From: Mobula hypostoma
Taxonomy: Eukaryota
Reading direction: 5' to 3'
Assembly: GCF_963921235.1 (NCBI RefSeq)
Contig: NC_086110.1
Location: 18,104,001-18,168,000, forward strand
DNA length: 64,000 nucleotides
The notes under the pieces were generated by a model, which saw only the letters and a list, made by a program, of their open reading frames with translations, was not told the DNA's origin and did no database searches. Of the stretch, positions 37,510 to 49,254 are shown one piece after another; position 1 is the stretch's first letter, and each line of letters starts with the position of its first letter. The position numbers and the translations under genes are program-made.

Positions 37510-38085
37510 ACACTCAGTGACCACTTTATTAGGTACACCTATACACCTACATATCAATGCGAATATCTAATGGGCCTATCATGTGGCTGCAACTCAATGC
37601 ATAAAAGCATGCGGACATGGTCAAGAGGTTCAGTTGTTGTTCAGACCGAACATCAGAATGGGAGAAGAAATGCAATCCAAGTGACTTTGACCGTGGAATG
37701 ACTGTTGGTGCCAGAAGGGGTGGTTAGAGTATCTCAGAAACTGCTGATCTCCTGAGATTTTCATGCACAACAGTCTCCAGAGTTTACAGAGAGTGGTGTG
37801 AAAAAGAAAAAAACAAAAAATCCAGTGAGCGGCAGTTCCGTGGGTGCAAATGCCTTGTTAAGGAGAGAGGTCAGAGAATGGCCAGACTGGTTCAAACTGA
37901 CAGGAAAGTGACAGTAACTCAAATAACCACACGTTACAACAGTGGTGTGCAGAAGAGCATCTCTGAACGCAGAACACATCAAACTTGAAGTGGATGGGCT
38001 ACAGCAGCAGAACATCACACACATAGACTCAGTGGTCACTTTACTAGGTACAGGAGATAGCTAATAAAGTGGCTAATAAATGTAT
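37510..38085 (+). mobile_element. Non-autonomous Tc1 deletion derivative (same family as 16586-17140, opposite orientation)
   Basis: Starts TA|cactcagtgaccactttattaggtac and has a frameshifted transposase N-terminus (SDFDRGMTVGARRGG*SISETADLL). Confidence 0.8.
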
Positions 38086-38627
38086 GCTAAAATTGCCAAC
38101 AGTGTTAGTCAAAATTAGAAGTTACAATGGCTTCCAATGTCCAAAGAATGTTCTAATGACATGTCCTTGACCAGGAAAAAATACAAATTACCTACTTAGA
38201 ATGACATCTCTTTTTTTTAAAAAAAAAGCTCAATTATTTGCCCTCCATTTGCTCCCCAAATATAGGATAATAATTTCAAATACTGTCCAGATTCTTAGTT
38301 TCTAATTAGTGTCAGGACACCTGCACTTGCACAGCCGTTACACACGACACAGTGCTCAGAGTGAACATCTTTTTAAAAATAGCATCAGTTCTGTGTGTTT
38401 GTGTTCAAAAGCAGTGATTTTTGTCACTGATAGTTGGAGAGAAATAAGCATTAAGGTAATTCAGAACTTGGGTTGTTTACTGTGGTTTCAGGTATTTAGG
38501 CTTGAAGATGCCAGAAACAGCCAGGAGTGAAAATAAAACAATTTCATGACTTCAGCAAGTTAGAAACTACGAAAAATATGAAGGTATCTACAATTATTTT
38601 GAATGTTACAATGAAAATGGAAATTGG

Positions 38628-41232
38628 TGTAGTATATTTAATATTTCAGTAATATTTGAGTAATATTGTTTTATTCAGCATTCTTTGTTGTATATATAAT
38701 TCATTACACGTTATATGTAAATGGCACACGTTATTACACCACCGTGTCACATATGGGCATCTCACTAAAATAAAACTGAGTAGAAACGTTCATGCCCGCT
38801 CTCATGTTTTTCTTTCAATTAGTTTCTAGAGAGGATGTTTTAAAATGAACCCGAGGGAACTACCTACCTGTTGAAGCACAGCAAGTTTTTCTTCAGAAAG
38901 GGGAAAGAGACATTAGAGTTTTTTAAAAAGTGCAGCGGAAGGGGAGAGAGACAGTTAACTTTTAAAGAAGGCCAAAAGCGAACAAAATTTATGGGTTTAT
39001 AAACAGTGAGTACTAGGTGATAATAATAAATAAAAACGAAGAACAGAAATGGTTGGCTACATTGGAAAGATAGATGTATTCGATTGTACAACAGATAACT
39101 GAATGATGTATACTGAATGAACTGAGCAGTATTTAGAAGCAACTGAAGCAGCCAATGAAAAGCGAGTGCTAGTGTCACTGAGTGCAAAAGGTGGAAAGGT
39201 ATATAGTTTGCTTCAACGTTTAACTGTTCCGACCAAACCAGCGGAAACTAGCTTGAATTTAATGCAGGAATGTTTAGAACCAAAACCACTGTTGATAGCA
39301 GAACATTTTAAGTTTCATAAGTAGAATCAAAATGAAGGGGGGTGCATTTCAGCTTATGTAGCTGAATTGAAGAAATTTCTGAGCATTATCAGTTCCGTGT
39401 TGGGCTTAATGTTGCGCTAAGAGGTTGGTTAGTTTGTGGAATCTTCGAAGAAAGCATTCAAGAATGGCTCCTAACTGATGCAAAACTTACAATTAAAAGA
39501 GCATTTGAAATAGCTGTATCGATGGAAACAGCAGACAGAGACACAATAGAGTTACAGTCAAGAATGAAAGTGAACGTGAACAAAATTATAAAATCTAAAC
39601 AGAAACCGGCCTGGCCAAACAAATTGTGTTACTGTTGTGGCAAGTGTTCACGTACACCAGACCAATGCAGATTTAAGGGAGAAAATTTATTGCAGAAAAT
39701 GTAATAATGCAGGACACATGCAAAGAGCACATTGGGCAGACAAAAAAAATGGTCTGCACAGGGTAGAGAAAAAATAAAAAATGTCAAGTTGCAGTTTCAG
39801 AAAGAGCACTATCATGCATTTTGAGGATGAAAAATTTGATAATGTTGAGAGTGACGCAGAACTGAATAGCCTTAAGATTTACAATGTGAAAACTAACAAG
39901 AGACAAGCAAAATGGATTACACCAGAAGTAAATGGCAAATGAACTAAAGTGGAGTTGGACACTGGTTCAGTTGTTTCAGTCATTCCACAAAATGAGTTTG
40001 AACGGCATTTCAAAGACACTGAACTGAAGCCTGCAGACATCCAACTAAGAACTAAGAACTTGTTCAGGAGAAAAGATAACTCCTGTGAAATGACATTTGT
40101 AACAGTGAAACACAAGAATCAACAAGGCACTTTGGGCTTGTATGTGGTAAAATCAGGAGGACTAGCATTATGGGGCCAGAATTGGCTGAGACAACTACAA
40201 CTTGATCGAAGAACCACCCACAACTTGCATGCCATATCCCCTACAATAGAGACAACTGAAAGTGAATTAAGAAAAGGACTGGATGGTGCCACAGCAGTGA
40301 TCAAGAACGCATTGGAAAACTCAGACATATCAAAGGGAAAATACTTCACCCAAGTTTTGCAAAGCCCACCTTGTTCCTTATAATCATTCATAATAAAGCA
40401 GCCAGTGAGCTATTTTTCCGAGGTTGAGTGGAGCCCAACAGGCAATGCCAGTTGTCCCGGTAGCCAAGTAGAATGGTGAATTTAAGGTCATCATCAATAC
40501 TCTCTGCAAGGTTAGAGGATATCTTTGCAAACCTTTCTGGAGGGAAACACTTTAGCGAAGTGGACTTAGCTGAGGCCTACCTACAGATCAAAATGTTTCT
40601 CACCGTCAACACTCACAAAGGACTTTATCACTATAACAGGTTTATTTTTGGAGTAGCCTCTGCAACTGCATGCTGGTAGAAATCTATGGACCAGGTGTTG
40701 CTAAGCTGTGCAGGCACTCAGTGTTACCTGGGTGACATCATTTGTTGCCAGTAAGAATGACAAGGAAAATCTCCTAACTCTCAAGACAGTGTTAAAATGA
40801 TTACAAGACTATAGGCTCAGAGCATGACATGACAAGTGTAAATCCTTTAAACCAAGCATCACTTATTGTGGTCACACTATTGATGCACAAGGATTACACA
40901 AGTGTGCTGAGAAAATTCAAGCAGTGATGGATGCCCCAAGGACAAAGGACATTTCACAGTTGTGGTCCTTTTTAGGATTTGTCAGCTACTGTAACAGGTT
41001 CCTGCCAAACCTGGCTACTGTGGTCCACTCCTTGAACTCGATCACTACAGATCAGGAAGAAATGCAATGGACAAAGCAGTGAGGTGACTTTCCAAAAGAC
41101 AAAGGAAATTGTGGCATCAGACACTGCACTGTGTCACATGTGAGCGCCTCACTAAAGTAAAACTACACAGACCCATTCATTCCAGTTCCTTGTTTATCTT
41201 TCAATTAGTTTCCAGAGTCACAAAGCATGACA
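38628..41232 (+). mobile_element. Gypsy/Ty3 LTR retrotransposon remnant (LTR, gag, protease, RT, partial 3' LTR)
   Basis: Zinc-knuckle-like CYCCG, protease ELDTGS, and RT LEDIFANLSGGKHFSEVDLAEAYLQ. The segment 41131-41232 repeats the LTR segment at ~38743-38830. Confidence 0.85.
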
Positions 41233-41289
41233 ATTTACAGGGTGCTTCATCAAAAGCATTGTATGAAAGCAGCACCAGGTATCGGCGCT

Positions 41290-41850
41290 GATTTTGTTAA
41301 TTTACAGTCAATCAAAAGAACTATTAGGAATACAGTTCTACAGTACTGTAGCAGTACTGGTAGTGTTCTAATTCTTTCTGTATTTTATTTAAATACATAA
41401 TTTGTTAATCAGTTAAAATTTGTTTGTCTTTTCAAAGGTTTAAACGTCCAATTAATGTCAGAGAAAAGTATACAATATACTCCTGAAATGCTTTTTCTTT
41501 GCAAACATCCACAAAAACAGAGAAGTGCCCTGAAGAATGAACGAGAGTTAAACGTAAGAACCCCAAAGTCCCTCCCAGGCTCCCCTCCATCCCGCTCGTA
41601 AGTGGCAGCGAACAACAATCCCCCTGCCCCCACCGGCAAACAAAAATAAGCATTGGTACCACCACCAAACACTCAAGCGTGAGCAAAGCAATAGCAAAGA
41701 CACAGGCTTGCAGTTACCCCAAAGACTTCTTTATGCGTTTTTAATGATTTCCATGAAACTTTGGCTAATTGCGACAGCCACTTAATTGGGCCAAAAGGTA
41801 CAGGCCACGGTGCATCAAAAATGACCAGAATCCACTGTATACCTACAATG
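41290..41850. mobile_element. Probable Tigger/Tc-like DNA element remnant with a nested ~300-bp minus-strand retroposon tail (~41433-41730)
   Basis: Ends in agaatccactgTA (TIR-like). There is an abrupt GC-rich insert with an aacctttg-type tail. The family call is uncertain. Confidence 0.4.
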
Positions 41851-42491
41851 CTAATATCCACTGTATTATCAGAAAATTACAAGAGTTTATTATAAACAGG
41901 GAAATATTTATCAATGTTATTCATGTAGTCTTTGAGCTCCACCAGCATTTTTTGTGTTCATTAGTCATATAGACATTTTGAAGCTCAAAAAGGCAAGAAC
42001 AGAGGCCTTAATCATTCAATAATTTCAACATCACTGAGCAAAAGGGAAAACACATTTGCCCAATGTTGAATGCACAGACCAAGAACAGAAATTTAAACCA
42101 AGGAACATCATATTATTCGTCTGAATAAATCCCGGTAATAGTCACAGACTAAGACCCATAGACGAAGAGCAGTGAGGAACTCACAGACAAGCACCGACAA
42201 CATTTGAACAGTTCACAAGACATGCTTACTCATGTGAGGCTGGCTAGCCACATGGCACTTTCACGCTGTACTCATCTTACATCGAGCCGCACACATTTCC
42301 CAGCAGGTTTCATTGAGAAGTGATGAGACTTGGAAACCTGGGCTAATTCTTGTACTATATCCTTTAGGACCAAGTCCAACCTGGTGTAAACCAACCCAGC
42401 TCAGACTTGAAACCGGGAACTCGGTTTTAATTCATGTGAACGTTAACATCCTTGCTGTGAACCTTTATTCATTTGCCAAACAATGACTCAC

Positions 42492-42586
42492 CATGCTCCC
42501 TGTCAGCGTGTACAGCCATTGGACAGTCTCATTATGGTTAATAACTCCATTCATTCCATCCACAAACAGCATTATCTGGCTCAGAG
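42492..42586 (-). CDS. FHOD1: FHOD1-like formin, internal coding exon (95 bp): (A)[31 protein letters not shown]
   Basis: Not in the ORF track; read manually. Acceptor tttttttcttgcatttgcAG and donor GTgagt; phase 1 to phase 0. It continues the frame of the 49102 exon and matches the FHOD motif ALGQIML(F/Y)VDGM. Confidence 0.93.
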
Positions 42587-44177
42587 CTGCAAATGCAAGA
42601 AAAAAATATGGTTACATAGATCACTTTATGATAAAGGAAAGGAATATATGACTTATAGGTTCTGACTTAATGGTTTTTGTAAAAGCATGACCAGTTTTGG
42701 AGCTGGTAATAAACAACACACAAAAACATAGTTGGCAGACATCTGAAACCAAGCAGGAACAGCTTAAAATGCTCCAGAAGTGAGTGAACATTTGTTTTGT
42801 TTCAGTCAGAAGAACATCGTGGATACCACGGGTTAAAACTGTGACTGCAGATTGGGCTGGGAGATTATCCTTAACCATGGAATAACAGAGATAGCTCTGG
42901 AGGATTTTAATTAGAACAAAGCAGAGTTAGATTGAGAAAGCTCGCATTTTTGCAGTGTGGTCAATGAGACTGGTTGACCTCTGCTTATCAGAAGAATGCG
43001 GAGGAGCAGAGCAACACGCTGAAGTCATCCAAACATATTGGGTGAGTTTTACTCTGGAAGAAAAGGTTGCTGGTGTTATGTGAGTGGTCAAACTTCCCGA
43101 CAGAGACGGTGACTTTGAGGAAATTGCACAAAATTCTCTGCTCCAAGCTGAGTCAACGTTAAATTGTTTTTGGAGGGTGCTTTAACTACACCACAAGATA
43201 AAGGCCTTTCAACTCACTAAGCCTTCTCCGTCATTCAGTACCCCACACTTACCTCATGAATTTGTCCATTTTCACCCATGTCTGTTAACTACTCTGTTAG
43301 AGCCCAAAAATACATCAAGTTCAGTCTCAGAGAGGAGGATTGAGTGCCATAACTTTCTGGTACAGAGAGCTGCCTATCAGGGTGTTCCAAATAAACAATA
43401 TCTACTCCTCATCTCTGGATAGCTAGCTGCCTACCCCTAACTATTGCTCTAGATTCTCCACACAGAAGAATCGGACTCTCGTCATTAATATAGAGATGGT
43501 TCCACCCATTATCAGTGGAGGTTTCCTGAGACACTCGTTGGGGGGTGGGGGTATGAAATTCCAGCCTTCTTGAAAGGCAGAAAAGTTGCTTTATATTTAC
43601 TGCAAAAAATCACCATGGAAGATGTGGACACGCCAATAAAAATATGCAAGTTATTCAAAGGAATCTTAAATAAAAGTCGAAAAAATAGAAATAGAAATTA
43701 GAAATATTTCATTGAATTAGGAAGATGCACATTAAATAAAGAGAAAAGATCTGCAGAAAAGGCTGGAGCTTCATGGATCAGTTGGGTGATTGGATCAAAT
43801 TTGAAACTGAAAGAGCCCTCAGGCCTGAGTATTACCCAACCTTGTGCTGGCTATTTAAGCACAATTCCCCTCAAGTCAGCTAAATAGAACAGAGACGAGC
43901 ACACGGTAGTACAAGTCAAGTTTAAAGCGTGTGGACTGGGCACCAGGATCAACCACAGAAGTAAGTGTAATCTCAGTCTGTCGCAAGTAGCAAACTAGTC
44001 CGCTTTAAGCATCCTCAATTCAAGCTTCTTTAAAGGGTGCCAGAATGAGTGTTTTTTTCTAGTTTACTAAAGAAATGAAAGTATACTCCCAACTAATTAT
44101 TAAATGATGCCAGGTATTTTAATGTAAAGGTTACTTTCAATTAGTTGTGGACCAGACACTGATCGAAATTCTTTCAT

Positions 44178-44402
44178 TTATTTAGAGATACGGCACAGTC
44201 ACAGGCCAGTCTGGCGTGTATCACCCAAATACACTCCTAGGACTAATTAGCCTGTACGTAGCTGGACTGTGGGAGGAAACTGGGCACCTGGAGGAAACCC
44301 ACTCGGGAAGAACGTACAAACTCCCGACGGGCAGCGGCAGAATTGAACCCAGATGGCTGGTACTGTTATAGAACTATGGTAACCGCTACACTACTGCCTC
44401 AC
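44178..44402 (-). mobile_element. tRNA-derived V-type SINE
   Basis: The minus strand has the B-box gggttcaattct and the V-domain gggtttcctccaggtgcccagtttcctcccacagtcca. Confidence 0.72.
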
Positions 44403-44509
44403 CCTTGCAAGTAATGTTAAACATATTTTTAATGATCGTCATAGTAAACCGGGTTACCTCTATAAAGGCAACCAGCGGGTACATAGTTTTTAAAAATGCT
44501 TTAAAGTTG

Positions 44510-44667
44510 TACTTAGTGTAGTTTTTGTGTTGTTTTACGTAGTTCAGTGTAGTTTTTGTACTGTTTCATGTAGCACCGTGGTCCTGAAAAACTTTGTCTC
44601 TTTTTTACTGTGTACTGTACCAGCAGTTATGGTTGAAATGACAATAAAAAGTGACTTGACTTGACTT
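44510..44667 (+). mobile_element. Rex1/Babar-type 3' tail fragment
   Basis: Near-identical to ~1150-1300 and ~59250-59402, with a (GACTT)n tail. Confidence 0.85.
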
Positions 44668-44957
44668 ATTTTATTGGGTGTCTCACATTCATTAATGTGA
44701 AGGTGAAACTGTGCAGACTGGAGGAACCAGTACAACTTTAGAACCTGCAGCAATGATTATACCCAAAGAAGAGCTGCCACCCCTGAACTGGGATAACAAT
44801 AAAAGCCAGGACAATATTGAAACTCCAAATTACAGGAGGCTGTGAGAGCTTGGGGTAGAGAAGAATAGCCACAGGTGGCAGTCAGTACATCAGCGAGCAA
44901 GACAGAGACGGTTACCGTATTAAAAAACAAGCTGTTGGAATAACGTTAGAATAGATA

Positions 44958-45270
44958 TGGGGCAGCAAGTAAAGCTGCAATCTCATAGCACCAGGATCCC
45001 GAGCTCAGTCCTGACCTCCACTAAAACCCATGTGATCGCAAATTTGTCCTGGGTGCTCTGGTTTCCTCCCTGCATGCCAAAAGGTGCAGGTTAGTTCCTT
45101 AGTTGGCTATTTTGAAGTACCACTGCTGTGTTGGTGAGTGGTAGAATCTAGGGGGAGTTAACATGAATGTGGGGAAATAAAATGGGTTTGTGTAGATGTG
45201 TGTTTCCTGACTGGGGTGGAATCAGTGGACAGAACAGGCCATTTCCACGCAGCACCACTTTATGAATGAA
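44958..45270 (+). mobile_element. Old V-type SINE
   Basis: Degenerate tRNA head and gggtgctctggtttcctccc V-domain. Confidence 0.55.
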
Positions 45271-45382
45271 ATACCTTCCAGGGAGAGACAGCAATGAAGT
45301 ATTTCAACAGCAGAGGGCGCTATAGAACCATCAACCAGGAGAAATTCAAGGAGCCCAAATCTTAAACACAACAGATTAAGCA

Positions 45383-46143
45383 CCATTACGACCATTCAGG
45401 GCCCCAGACAGTCCTTCGAGGTGAGGCAACACTTCACCTGTGAGTCCGCTGGGTTGATATACTGCGTCCGGTGCTCCCGATGTGGCCTTCTATATATTGG
45501 TGAGACCCGACACAGACTGGGAGACCGCTTTGCTGAACACCTACATTCGGTCCGCCAGAGAAAGCAGGATCTCCCAGTGGCCGCACGTTTTAATTCCACA
45601 TTCCATTCCCATTCTGACATGTCTATCCACGGCCTCCTCTACTGTAAAGATGAAGCCATACTCAGGTTGGAGGAGCAACACCTTATATTCCGTCTGGGTA
45701 GCCTCCAACCTGATGGCATGAACATCGACTTCTCTAACTTCCGCTAATGCCCCACCTCCCCACATACCCCATCTGTTATTTATTTTTATACACACATCCT
45801 TTCTCTCACCCTCCTTTTTCTCCCTCTGTCCCTCTGACTATACCCCTTGCCCATCCCCTGGGTTGCCCCCCACCCTTGTCTTTCTCCCCGGACCTCCTGT
45901 CCTATGATCCTCTCATATCCCCTTTGCCAATCACCTGTCCAGCTCTTGGCTCTATATACCTCCCCCTCCTGTCTTCTCCTATCATTTTGGATCTCCCCCT
46001 CCGCCTCCCACTTTCAAATCTCTTACTAACTCTTCCTTCAGTTAGTCTTGACGAAGGGTCTTGGCCTGAAACGTCGACTGTACCTCTTCCTAAGATGCTG
46101 CCTGGCCTGCTGCATTTACCAGCAACTTTGATGTGTGTTGCTT
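45383..46143 (+). mobile_element. Penelope-like element, 5'-truncated, with a hammerhead motif at 46043-46080
   Basis: Open GIY-YIG ORF 45421-45747 (LIYCVRCSRCGLLYIGET...RFAEH). A 10-bp TSD, AGATTAAGCA, lies at 45373-45382 and 46144-46153. Confidence 0.9.
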
Positions 46144-46652
46144 AGATTAAGCAGATGCTGGAAATCCAGATCAACAGAAAAACACTGGAGGAACTATGGA
46201 GGGTAACAAACAATGACATTTGGCACCAAGACCCTTCAGCTGAAATGTTGATTATTTATTCCCCTCCATAGATGCTGCCTGACCTAGTGAGATCCTCCAG
46301 TATTTTGTGTGATGCTCTAAACTCAAAGAGCAAATTTTGGTGTTTTCCCTTCCACGCTATTCTGGTGGCCTTCTTCTCCCCTTCCCTCATGACCCACCCA
46401 TCACCTCCCAACATTTCACATCATCCCACTCACCTGGTCCCACCTATCACCCGCCAGTTTGTGCCTCTTCCCCTCTCTCCATTTTCTTATTCTGGCTTCT
46501 GCCTAATTTCTTTCCAGTCCCGATGAAGGGTCTCAGCCCAAAATATCAACTGTTTATTTCCCTCCATTGGTACTGCCTGTCTTACTCAGTTTCCCCAGCA
46601 TTTTGTGTGTGTTGCTCAATATTTCCAGCATCTGCAGAATTTCCTGTGTCTC
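46144..46652. mobile_element. Older Penelope-derived non-coding remnants (a hairpin-like piece plus a + strand 3' fragment)
   Basis: gcagatgctggaaat / atttccagcatctgcag termini and a degenerate hammerhead ccgatgaagggtctcagcccaaaatatc at ~46520. Confidence 0.6.
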
Positions 46653-47883
46653 AAATTCAAAGATCAATGCGACCAAAAATAATACATGGATTCCTGCACT
46701 GCACGTATAGGAAGAAAACTTGACAGAAAGTAGAAGCAGCTCTGATTTTAATCTTCAAAAGTATGTGATAAAGACAGTCACACACCACAAGGACTACACA
46801 GTGACACTTGTTCAACAAGAGAGACACAGAGAAACCAGAAAGGAAAGGCAAAGATACTGCATGCCTGGCAGGAAACTCATGGCAGGAAGTCCCAAAAATA
46901 AACAAATTATTTTTGCAAAAGCTTTCTTCAGACTTCAGTCTGATAGAGAGAGCATCAAATTAACAAAAGTCAGTGGATAGATCTACAGGAGGATGTCAGA
47001 CAACTGATTGAAAACAATTGACAAAAAGAGCAAAGAAGCCCACAGAAATTATTTTGAGAGTTACATGACCTGCAACTTAATTACATGAAAAATAATTAGA
47101 TAAGAGCTTCATAATAAAGGAGAGAAATTAAATATATGAAGGAAACAAAAAAGTATGCAAAAAGGCCACATAATGAAGGCAGAAAAGTGTTTGTGTGTGG
47201 TGGGGGGGGGATTTAAAAATTCACAATAACTGTTTAAAAAATGCAGCTCCTCGGAGAAGCAATGTTGATGGAGGGATATATGCTGTACCTTTTTGGATCA
47301 CAAAAAGATAACTTCTCAGCTCTTTCTCAAGATTGTCACATGAGGCCTTCGTTGTCTACTTGAGAAAGCAATTTCCACATTAAAGACAGAACTCACAGCA
47401 TTCTCTCTGAACAGTACTGGATTGTCAGCTGAGATTCTTTAAACTCAGGTCTATAAAGTAATACAAACCAACAACCTTCTGATGCAGGAATGCTACCAAC
47501 AGAGCCAACGGTTCTGGATACCAAGTACCACAGGGGCCTCTATCCTTTTTTTTTACCATATTGGAACATAGTAGGTCACCAATGCCAGATCAAAGGACCA
47601 TCCTATTCGCCACTGGTTTCTCTGCTAACATCAGGGGGGCAGGTGAAACTGGTTTGTAAAGGATCACTTCTATAGGTGTGTTATTTAATAGTATTACCAA
47701 GGTGCTGGGAACCTGCAATTCCAAATCAAAGGTATGAGTATTGCTTACACTGAAAGTGGGAAACTTCCAATAATCCCAAATGTAACTGAAGCAAAAATAA
47801 TGTGCTCAGAATTTTAAAAAAGATGAATTGTCTGGATAATCACCAAAGATATCAGGGCCAGCGTTGCAGGTGACTGTGTATAT

Positions 47884-48642
47884 CAGTGGTCCCCAACCAC
47901 TGGGCCGCAAAGCATGTGCTACCGGTCCGCGAGGAAACGATATGAGTCAGCTGCACCTTTCCTCATTCCCTGTCATGCACTGTTGAACTTGAACATAGAG
48001 TTGCCAACTGTCCCATATTTGCCAGGACATCCCATATATCGGGCTAAATTGGTTTGTCCCATACGGGTCACCCTTGTCCTGCATTTCACCCGCTAAGGTA
48101 GAGCGTTCCTATGAAACCTTTTGTGCCGAAATGCTGTAAAGCGAACAAGCAATTACCATTAATTTATATGGGAAAAATTTCTGAGTGTTCCCAGACCCAA
48201 AAAATAACCTACCAAATCATACCAAGTAACACATACTGTAAAACCGAAAATAACACTAACATATAGTAAAAGCAGGAATGATTTGATAAATACACAGCCT
48301 ATATAAAGAAGAAATAATGTATGTACAGTATAGTCGGGAAGATTAAGCCAAAACCGATGTGTGGGAAAAAAATCGGTACCTACGCGCATGCACACACAGG
48401 TGTCCGCGCAAGGCTTCGTGGTCATGGTGGTCTTTCCTGGGGTAAACACAAGTGTCCCGGGATTTGACTGCTACTTTTGTCCCTAATTTGGGAGTGAGAA
48501 AGTTGGCAACCCTAACTGTAAAAGACATGTTGAGGTGAGTTTAACCCTACTTGAACACCAACCCCCCCACCAGTCGGCCGGTCCGCAAGAATATTGTCAA
48601 TATTAAACGGGTCCACGGTGCAAAAAAGGTTGGGGATCCCTG
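47884..48642. mobile_element. Non-autonomous hAT (Charlie-like) element with an internal TIR-bounded module at 47996-48514
   Basis: TIRs cagtggtccccaacc / ggttggggatccctg, with an 8-bp TSD gtgtatat / gggtatat. Inner inverted ends tagagttgccaac / gttggcaacccta. Confidence 0.8.
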
Positions 48643-49101
48643 GGGTATATGACTCAGTTCACAGTTTGAATGAAAATGATTCAGGAATCTCATCAGTTTG
48701 AAATGGCCAATATTTGGGAGAAATAAAAATTAATCTGATCTATATTTGTGCTCAATTTTAAACAATGATTTTTTAAAGAAAAAAAATGTTAGAGCAAAAT
48801 TATCCCACAGAGGAAAAGTAATGGAACAGAAGTTAAAAATGGAAAAAAAAAGAATTGCTGGTGCTGGAAATCTGAAATGAAAACAGAAAATGTAAGAAAC
48901 GCTCATCAGGTCATGCAGCATCTGTGGAGGGAGGAACAGGGCTTACACATCAGCTCAGATGAAGACTCTTCAATCTGAAACATTAACTCTGTTTCTCTTT
49001 CCATGGATACTGTCTGGGCAGCTGGGAGCTCCTAGCATTTCCGGTTGTTATTGTGGATGTCGGAGCACATCTAGTTAGGTAAATAGGGGTACAGCACAAA
49101 C

Positions 49102-49207
49102 CTCTTAAGATGTAGTTCTGGTAGTTCTGGTCAGCTTCGGCTCCCACTTTGATGAGGCATGTCAGTCCTTCAGCATTCACAAACTCAGGCACCAGATCTT
49201 TGTCATC
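49102..49207 (-). CDS. FHOD1: FHOD1-like formin, internal coding exon (106 bp): [35 protein letters not shown]
   Basis: The translation matches the FHOD GBD/FH3 region as I recall it. Acceptor ...cacctatAG and donor GTttgt; phase 0 to phase 1. LVPEF is the FHOD1-type residue (FHOD3 has LVHEF). Confidence 0.93.
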
Positions 49208-49254
49208 CTATAGGTGAAATTGACATTACAAACTGAAATTACAACTGACATTGG

